Shown here piece by piece: positions 57,997 to 64,000 of a stretch of 64,000 nucleotides of DNA (position 1 is the stretch's first letter; each line of letters begins with the position of its first letter). The translations under genes and the position numbers were made by a program. Location: NCBI GenBank assembly GCA_017507325.1, contig JAFWBD010000047.1, forward strand, positions 1,146 to 65,145, in the 5' to 3' direction. The notes beneath the pieces are model-generated. The model was not told where the DNA came from. It saw nothing but the letters and a program-made list of their open reading frames with translations, and ran no database searches. The DNA comes from Clostridia bacterium. GTDB taxonomy: Bacteria > Bacillota > Clostridia > Oscillospirales > SIG627.

Positions 57997-60525
57997 TTAC
58001 CAATCCGCAATTTGGCTGTCAATCCAAGCGGCGCGATTTCGCAAAAAGTCCTTCAAATAATGGATCTGGGAGGAATAGGTGGTATAATACTTGGTATCAA
58101 AACGCTCAAAGGCCACTTTTTTTCCCAAAATATCCCAACGCTCGAAATTCTCGTCTGCCGAGGCGGAAAGGCGGGCGTAATTTTCATCAATGGTGGTCAT
58201 CGCCGTGGAAAGGAGGGTATTCTTCATTTCATTCCAGCGATTCTTGAAGCGCTCTTGAAATTCGGGATCCTCCAAAAGGTGGGTTGACCAGGTCTCACCC
58301 ACGTAATCATCCTCCGAGGTGCTGACCCAAACGTTGAAGCCCGCCACGTCCTTGGAGAAATTGCCGAAGGCCAAATCAAAATCCCAAACGGGACCCATAC
58401 GCACCTTTTCTCCCGCATCCTTGATCAGATAGGTACTGCGCCGCCAGGCACAGTCGGTATTATTGGTCAATTCGATCATAATCAGCCAATCTACCAGCGT
58501 ATCCATATCCAGATATTCCTCGTAGCCCTCACCCTTCAAAACCGCTTCGTTGGCCTTCAGAAGATACTGATTGATGTAGTCGAACTGCTCCGAGGTCAAG
58601 CCGTTGAAATCGGGACCCTTGATGAGAACGAATTTCACCAAGCCTGCATGGAAATAGTTCATTCCCTTGACGTCCACTCCGCTGACAACACCGCCTGCCT
58701 CCATAAAAAAGCCGCAGTCCAGCTGAGACAGATCGTGGGTCACCTCGATCCTTCCCTCGCCCTCCTCCAGATGCTCTCCGAGGGTATAGACCCCCAGATA
58801 TTCTCCGTTCACAAACAGATCCACAAATTCCTGAGTAGGGCAATATTCGAAGGAAAGGGTGGAAGCCATCGCCTGAGCCAATTGATTGCGCATCAGGGAT
58901 TTATCGGCATAGTTGGCAAAGAGGGCCCATTCCTCCCCTGCAGGAAGCCCCAGAAGAGAGGTGGCTTCATCAAAATGGATCTTATAAGGCTTTTTCTCCC
59001 ACTTCCACGTGGAATTTCCTCGGCCGCGAATGCGGATATGGGTTTCCTCCAAGGAAGGGATCTCGGTTCCCTCTCCGTCCAGCGCGAAGGTGGCGGAGAT
59101 GTATTGGGTGCGGGAATCGATGGCGGCGCCCCCTTCGGTTTCGATATACAAAACGGGAATCTCATATTTCTCCCGTGCCACGAAAATGCCGTAGGCATAT
59201 TGCCTTCCCTCCCCGTCGGTGGCAACGATCCGCCCCGTGGGAAGATCCCCTTCCAGATGAGCCTCGCCTCCCTCACAGGAAAGGGTATAGCGGCAATCCT
59301 TCAAGGAAGCGGCGGAAACGGAAAAGGGCAAAAAGCCTACCAAAAGGTTCCCCTCGGGGGAAAACACCGCATCCTCCTTCAAAATCTCATTGTCGGCCAA
59401 AAGGGTGAGGGTCACCGAAAGCTCTGCCGTCCCGCCCAAGGTGGTACGCTCCCCGTTATAGGAGCGGATGTTGCTGACCCGCTCCACAGTGGATCGAATG
59501 GGAAGAGCCCCCTCTCCCGACCAAAAAACGTCCGAACAAGGTGCGAAAAAGCGCAGATTCGAGGCCGAGGGCGCTGTCCCCAAAAGATGCTCCACCCGAT
59601 AGGACCCCTCAGTATCGGAGGCAAATTCCAAATGGCCTTGGGAAAAATCGATCTTCTTTTCAAAAACCAGATTCAAATGCACCCCAAAGGAAAGCTTGTG
59701 CTCCACGGGGAAGGATTCGGTGAAGATCACCGTGGCATTCTCGTGCACGGAAGGGATCGCCTCCTCCGAGGCAAGGCGGGAAAGCTGAGAAAAATTCTCC
59801 ACGGGAAACAGATCCCGATGCAGGCTCTTTCCGTTCCAGGATTTTGCGGTCAGGTAAAAATCTCTCATCCGACGGGAAAAATTCGCCTCGAATCGGCGGG
59901 AATACAGCTTACAATCGGGCGCCGAAACGTAAAGATCGCCCGAAAAGACACGGTCGGGAAACAAAACGATCCTTCCCGAGCCCTCACAGCGAACGCTGCA
60001 CTCCGAAAAGGAAAAATCTCCGAAAAGACGAAAAGGAGCCCGCAGCGAAAGGCTTTCCAAGGCCGTGGGGCGGTAAAACACCAGATCTCCCCCCTCTTCC
60101 AAAAGGGATGCGGCCGTGGCGGCAGAGGCGGCATCGGCAAGGTATGCCGCGTCGTGCTTTTCCCCCAGCACCGCCAAAGAAAGATACCCTTCCGCAAGGG
60201 AAAGAGTCAGCTCAAGTTCCGATTCGGGAGCCAATTCCTTCCGCTCCAGCAGCTCTCCCTCTTGAAGAAAAAGAAAGCACAGCGTCTCCCTCTCGCCGTT
60301 TTTCAGCTTGAAGGTATGCTCTCCCGAGGAAAAGAAGGCCCCTTCTCGGTCGTTCATCACCTCAACCCCGTTTTCGGTCAGCAAAAAGGAACGGGATTTC
60401 CGCAGAAACGCACCGCCGAAGGCGCCAACCCCATAAAAATACAGCGTGGCACATAAAAAGATCACAAAAAGCAAAAAGGAAGCGATCACAGCGGTGATCA
60501 ATGGCTTTTGTTTTTTTGTTTCCAT
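57997..60525 (-). CDS. CotH-kinase-family protein with an N-terminal membrane anchor (842 aa)
   Basis: The TM helix is KPLITAVIASFLLFVIFLCATLYFY. The C-terminal CotH core reads IRIRGRGNSTWKWEKKPYKIHFDE...EWALFANYADKSLMRNQLA...WRRSTYLIKD...GPVWDFDLAFGN. Confidence 0.85.
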   Translation of the reverse strand: METKKQKPLITAVIASFLLFVIFLCATLYFYGVGAFGGAFLRKSRSFLLTENGVEVMNDREGAFFSSGEHTFKLKNGERETLCFLFLQEGELLERKELAPESELELTLSLAEGYLSLAVLGEKHDAAYLADAASAATAASLLEEGGDLVFYRPTALESLSLRAPFRLFGDFSFSECSVRCEGSGRIVLFPDRVFSGDLYVSAPDCKLYSRRFEANFSRRMRDFYLTAKSWNGKSLHRDLFPVENFSQLSRLASEEAIPSVHENATVIFTESFPVEHKLSFGVHLNLVFEKKIDFSQGHLEFASDTEGSYRVEHLLGTAPSASNLRFFAPCSDVFWSGEGALPIRSTVERVSNIRSYNGERTTLGGTAELSVTLTLLADNEILKEDAVFSPEGNLLVGFLPFSVSAASLKDCRYTLSCEGGEAHLEGDLPTGRIVATDGEGRQYAYGIFVAREKYEIPVLYIETEGGAAIDSRTQYISATFALDGEGTEIPSLEETHIRIRGRGNSTWKWEKKPYKIHFDEATSLLGLPAGEEWALFANYADKSLMRNQLAQAMASTLSFEYCPTQEFVDLFVNGEYLGVYTLGEHLEEGEGRIEVTHDLSQLDCGFFMEAGGVVSGVDVKGMNYFHAGLVKFVLIKGPDFNGLTSEQFDYINQYLLKANEAVLKGEGYEEYLDMDTLVDWLIMIELTNNTDCAWRRSTYLIKDAGEKVRMGPVWDFDLAFGNFSKDVAGFNVWVSTSEDDYVGETWSTHLLEDPEFQERFKNRWNEMKNTLLSTAMTTIDENYARLSASADENFERWDILGKKVAFERFDTKYYTTYSSQIHYLKDFLRNRAAWIDSQIADW

Positions 60526-60544
60526 ATTTCTCCTATCGGTTCAG

Positions 60545-60721
60545 TTATTTTTTCAGAATCAGAATTTTCTCGTTGATCAAAACGCCGCCCTCCTTGCACT
60601 CCCGCAGAATGGCGCGGACAGCCGATTCCTTTTCGCAGGGAACCATTTGATCCGTAAAATAATACATTTCGCAATAATCACCGCCCAAGGGCGTTTTGCC
60701 GTGAATGACCTCGTAAACCAT
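60545..60721 (-). CDS. Small hypothetical protein (58 aa), below the ORF-track cutoff
   Basis: Manual translation gives MVYEVIHGKTPLGGDYCEMYYFTDQMVPCEKESAVRAILRECKEGGVLINEKILILKK*. AGAGAGG lies upstream. It ends 19 nt before the CotH start on the same strand. Confidence 0.45.
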   Translation of the reverse strand: MVYEVIHGKTPLGGDYCEMYYFTDQMVPCEKESAVRAILRECKEGGVLINEKILILKK

Positions 60722-60780
60722 ATAAAACCTCTCTTTTTCATTCTATCACAAAATCAGGCGAAAATAAAGGGGACGATTCG

Positions 60781-62307
60781 TTACCGTGCAAATGTAAAAA
60801 TCAGAAAGCAAAGTCCCCCTGCCGCCATCAGGACGGCGTGGAGGATCAGAAGGGACCGGATCCGTCCCTTGCGGATCAAAAGAAACGCCAAAACCGCCAG
60901 CACCCCGATCCCCAAAATAGGCGCGGCATTCCCAAAAGCATACTCCGTTTCAGAGGCCTCGGCCAAAACGTGAACCAATCGCAAAAAGAGACCGTTCGGA
61001 GCCTTCAAAAGTGAAACCGCCTCCGTCAGCGCGGGAAAAGCCAGCCCCAATGTCATTGCAAGAAGAGAAAACAGCATACAGCAGGAAAAGAGCGGAATTA
61101 AAATCAAGGCATAAAGGGGTGAAAGCGGAGATGCGGCACCGAACAGAAAAAGCTGGATCGGAAAGGTAAAGACAAAAACGCAGGAGGAGATCAGAAAGGA
61201 CTCCAAAACGTAAGCGGCAAGGCGCAGAGCAGGGCGAGCGCGAAGGGCGGAATCGGAAAAGGCGGGATGGGATCGCAAATTTTCCCCAAGAGGCAGTGCC
61301 GCCACCAGAATTCCGAAGGTCGAGCCGAAGGAAAGAAGGAAGGAGGGCGACAAAATGCACCACGGCTCCCACGTTACCAAAACCCACGCGGCAAACACCA
61401 GCGCCGTTACCGAATCGCTGCGACGGCGGAGCATTCTCCCCACCAAGGGGAAGCTTGCCATAAAGGCCGCTCGAAAAACCGAAACCGAGAACCCCGTAAA
61501 AAACGTTAAAAACCAGACCGCACCCAAAAGGGCCCAGCGGCGGTGACGGGACCGAAGGGGAAATAAAAGCAAAAAGGAGGATAAAAATCCCAAAAGTCTG
61601 GAGATATGCAGTCCCGAAACGGCCAAAAGATGAGAGGATGCGGTCTTCCGAAAGGCAAGGCGATCGGAACGGGACAAGGCCGAATGATCCCCCACCAAAA
61701 TGGCTCGGGCAAAGGCGGCCTCTTCCCCCTCTCCCAGCGCGGCACCGCTTTGATCCCGCAGAGAACCGATCCAGGTGTAGAATCGGCTTTTTCCGACCGT
61801 TTCGAAATCGGAGGAAGAGGCAAAGGCCACGTGCACGCCCTCCATCCGATCCGATTCGGAAACGGGAACGGGATTCGAAAGAACGGTTCGGATCCGATCG
61901 CCCACCGCAGGAGGAGATTCCGTGTAGACGCGCACCTTTTCCCGAACGGGCTCGGTCAAATTCAGATCCGCAAAGCCCTCGCCTCTGCCGGTCACGTATC
62001 CTTCGCAAGCGATCTCCCCTGCCGTCCATTCCGCGCGGCTTCTCTCCTCCAAAAGGCAGATCCCCATTCGCCCCAAGGCCAATCCGATCCCCAGCACCGC
62101 GCAAAGAAGCACCAAGCGCATTTCACGGTATGGCGACAAAGCGGCAAATAGCAGAAGGATCAGACCTGCGGCCGCCAAAGGAAGCCCTGCCTTCTTTGCA
62201 CCGAGAATCAACAAAAGGAACAGAGAGAGCAAAAAGGGAATCCCCACCGCATTCAGCCTTTGACGAAAAAAGAGGGAGGGAAAGCGCGCGGAACCATTCA
62301 TATCCAT
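60781..62307 (-). CDS. comEC: ComEC/Rec2-family membrane protein (OB/DUF4131-like N-terminus plus competence channel domain; no metallo-beta-lactamase domain seen)
   Basis: Polytopic membrane protein with LLAVSGLHISRLLGF (the SGLH motif of the competence domain). It is 508 aa, and the C-terminus ends in TM helices. Confidence 0.75.
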   Translation of the reverse strand: MDMNGSARFPSLFFRQRLNAVGIPFLLSLFLLLILGAKKAGLPLAAAGLILLLFAALSPYREMRLVLLCAVLGIGLALGRMGICLLEERSRAEWTAGEIACEGYVTGRGEGFADLNLTEPVREKVRVYTESPPAVGDRIRTVLSNPVPVSESDRMEGVHVAFASSSDFETVGKSRFYTWIGSLRDQSGAALGEGEEAAFARAILVGDHSALSRSDRLAFRKTASSHLLAVSGLHISRLLGFLSSFLLLFPLRSRHRRWALLGAVWFLTFFTGFSVSVFRAAFMASFPLVGRMLRRRSDSVTALVFAAWVLVTWEPWCILSPSFLLSFGSTFGILVAALPLGENLRSHPAFSDSALRARPALRLAAYVLESFLISSCVFVFTFPIQLFLFGAASPLSPLYALILIPLFSCCMLFSLLAMTLGLAFPALTEAVSLLKAPNGLFLRLVHVLAEASETEYAFGNAAPILGIGVLAVLAFLLIRKGRIRSLLILHAVLMAAGGLCFLIFTFAR

Positions 62308-62340
62308 CTCCCTTTCACGGTATTTTTCATCAAGGATTTT

Positions 62341-62380
62341 GGGGAAAGAAAGAATTTTCCCGGCAAAGACCGGGAAAATT
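62341..62380 (-). terminator. Candidate terminator after the CapA-like gene
   Basis: An 11-bp stem, aattttcccgg (62353-62363) pairing with ccgggaaaatt (62370-62380). On the minus strand a T/C-rich tail follows. Confidence 0.45.
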
Positions 62381-62384
62381 CAAA

Positions 62385-63725
62385 TCAAGAGACCGATACG
62401 GGCACAGCGGGAAGCCCCAGCTTGGCACGGGCGGCATTGAGCCCGGAGGCCACCAGCTCCATGGTTCGGTTATAGGAAGCCTTGGCATCCTTGACCGTGG
62501 CATCGGTGAGCTTAAAGCTTTTCCAATCCGCAACGCTCAGATCCAAGGGAATGATCTGGTAGACCAAGCGGCCTTGGCGGCTTTCTCGGATGACCCACAT
62601 GGGCTCAATATTAACCTCGGAGAGGCGAACCAAGCCGTCGCTCCACTTTTCGAAGGTAACGCCGAAGATCATCCCGTCCTCGGTATGTCCCGAGAAATTG
62701 TCGCTGTCCATCAAAAAGGCTCTTTGATTGGAAATGGCATTGCCCGTGGAATAAATGCAAAGGGTTTCATTTCCGTTATCCCCCACGATGGTCTCAAAGG
62801 GCTGGATCACGTGAGGATGACCGCCCACGATCACGTCCACACCCAATTCGCAAAGCCTTTTGGCAATGTTCTTCTGATATGAATTGGGCTTGTATTGGTA
62901 TTCATTGCCCCAATGCATATAGAACATAATGAATTCCGCACCGTCCCGACGCATGGCGGCAATGGTGTTTTCCGCCTCCCGATAGAAATCCTCCAAGTGA
63001 TAATAACTGAAGCTTGTGACCAGGGCACTGGTCTCCGCACTCATCGGATTCCCGTTCAAGGACTTGGTTCCGTTTTGATTGAAGGTGGAATAGGTATAGC
63101 AGGCCATTCCGATTTGGATGCCGTTGAGGTTTTTCACCGTGTACGTGCTCTCCGAGGCGGCGGCACGAGTCCCCAAAGCCTCCAGCCCCTTCTCCCGTAT
63201 GACCTGCAGGGTACGGTAGAAGCCTGCCTGGCGGGTGTCGTAGGAGTGGTTATTGGCAGTCAGAAGCAGATCCACACCTGCGCCCTTCAGCGCATCCACC
63301 ACACTGTCGGGGCAGTTGAAGCCCGGATAACCCGAGGGATATTTTCCCACAACGGGATTTTCTCCCCCCAGAGTCACCTCCAAATTGGCAACGGTATAAT
63401 CGTATTTGGATAAATACGGGGTGATAAATTCATAATTCTCCGTAAAGTCATACACTCCGTTCCCGCGGTGAGCCGACTCGTAATTGGTGGAATGGATGAG
63501 AATATCCCCGATCACACCCACGGAAGCGGTGGCGACGGCGTGGGGATATTCCAATTCCGTAAGCTTCTCCTCCGCAGAGGCGGGAGCGGAAGGGGCGGAG
63601 GGATCTCGGGATTCCCCCGTTTCCACGGTAAAGGGAGCCTGCTGAACGCAGGACAGAGTCAGCGAGGCGCAAAGAAGAAGGATCACGCCGAGGGTGAAAA
63701 GACGAATTTTTTTGTTTTGTTTCAT
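62385..63725 (-). CDS. CapA-family (PGA_cap metallophosphatase-like) lipoprotein
   Basis: MKQNKKIRLFTLGVILLLCASLTLSC carries the lipobox. GDILIHS, ANLE, NNHSYD and GGHPHV are metallophosphatase-type motifs. Confidence 0.8.
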   Translation of the reverse strand: MKQNKKIRLFTLGVILLLCASLTLSCVQQAPFTVETGESRDPSAPSAPASAEEKLTELEYPHAVATASVGVIGDILIHSTNYESAHRGNGVYDFTENYEFITPYLSKYDYTVANLEVTLGGENPVVGKYPSGYPGFNCPDSVVDALKGAGVDLLLTANNHSYDTRQAGFYRTLQVIREKGLEALGTRAAASESTYTVKNLNGIQIGMACYTYSTFNQNGTKSLNGNPMSAETSALVTSFSYYHLEDFYREAENTIAAMRRDGAEFIMFYMHWGNEYQYKPNSYQKNIAKRLCELGVDVIVGGHPHVIQPFETIVGDNGNETLCIYSTGNAISNQRAFLMDSDNFSGHTEDGMIFGVTFEKWSDGLVRLSEVNIEPMWVIRESRQGRLVYQIIPLDLSVADWKSFKLTDATVKDAKASYNRTMELVASGLNAARAKLGLPAVPVSVS

Positions 63726-63735
63726 ACTGTATTCC

Positions 63736-64000
63736 TTATTTTTGGTCGTAAATGGTGGCAGAGCCCTTATAGAGATACACCGCGGGATTGAGCTTTCTCC
63801 AATTGTCCAAAACAATTTCAAAATGCACGTGATTTCCGGTGGAATCGCCCGTGCTGCCCAGCTCTGCGATCTTATCTCCCTGCTTGACCTTTTGTCCGAG
63901 GGTCACACAGATCTTATTGCAATGGGCGTAGAGGGTGCTGTAGCCGTCATCGTGCTGGATCACCACGCAATATCCGTAGCCCGAATAGGAATGGCCCGGA
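63736..64000 (-). CDS. M23-family metallopeptidase, C-terminal part only; the gene runs off the right edge
   Basis: ...GHSYSGYGYCVVIQHDDGYSTLYAHCNKI...GDKIAELGSTGDSTGNHVHFEI contains the HxxxD and HxH motifs. The frame is open to position 64000. Confidence 0.8.
   Translation of the reverse strand, partial: PGHSYSGYGYCVVIQHDDGYSTLYAHCNKICVTLGQKVKQGDKIAELGSTGDSTGNHVHFEIVLDNWRKLNPAVYLYKGSATIYDQK

Overview
This is a 64-kb chromosomal window of roughly 55% GC. Gene content suggests a Gram-positive anaerobe, Clostridia/Oscillospirales-like: miaB-mutS-mutL synteny, a korDABC-sucCD operon, CotH, ComEC and lipobox lipoproteins. That placement is inference only. I support about 50 protein genes. I saw no rRNA, tRNA, CRISPR array, transposase or integrase.

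Layout:
- 1-8.4 kb: a hexuronate-utilisation locus (RraA-like, GH39-like hydrolase, uxuA, an SDR mannonate-oxidoreductase-like gene and uxaC on the minus strand), with a divergent AraC regulator, an amidohydrolase and a cytoplasmic BNR/sialidase-like protein.
- 8.5-10.4 kb: a self-cleaving XRE/S24 repressor translationally coupled to a membrane-anchored unknown protein.
- 10.7-15.5 kb: 2-oxoglutarate:ferredoxin oxidoreductase plus succinyl-CoA synthetase.
- 15.6-28 kb: housekeeping genes (GT2, DagK-like kinase, U32, a frameshifted YidE/YbjL transporter, miaB, mutS, mutL, flavin reductase).
- 28.3-35.7 kb: one monocistronic 2454-aa surface protein with a VWA domain and 10 isopeptide-type (Spy0128/FctA-like) modules.
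- 35.8-47 kb: mixed glycan, envelope and housekeeping genes (GH2, an orphan priming sugar transferase, GH28, a leaderless DUF11 protein, vanZ-trmL-ACP-acyl-AMP ligase, nth).
- 47.2-56.9 kb: the most unusual locus. A membrane-anchored repeat protein is followed by five tandem, diverged paralogous ~500-aa lipoproteins. They carry an invariant Cys/His/Asp signature and I cannot assign them to a family.
- 57-64 kb: alpha/beta hydrolase, membrane-anchored CotH, a 58-aa ORF, a short ComEC, a CapA lipoprotein and a partial M23 peptidase.

All family calls come from motifs read in the translations. No database search was possible.
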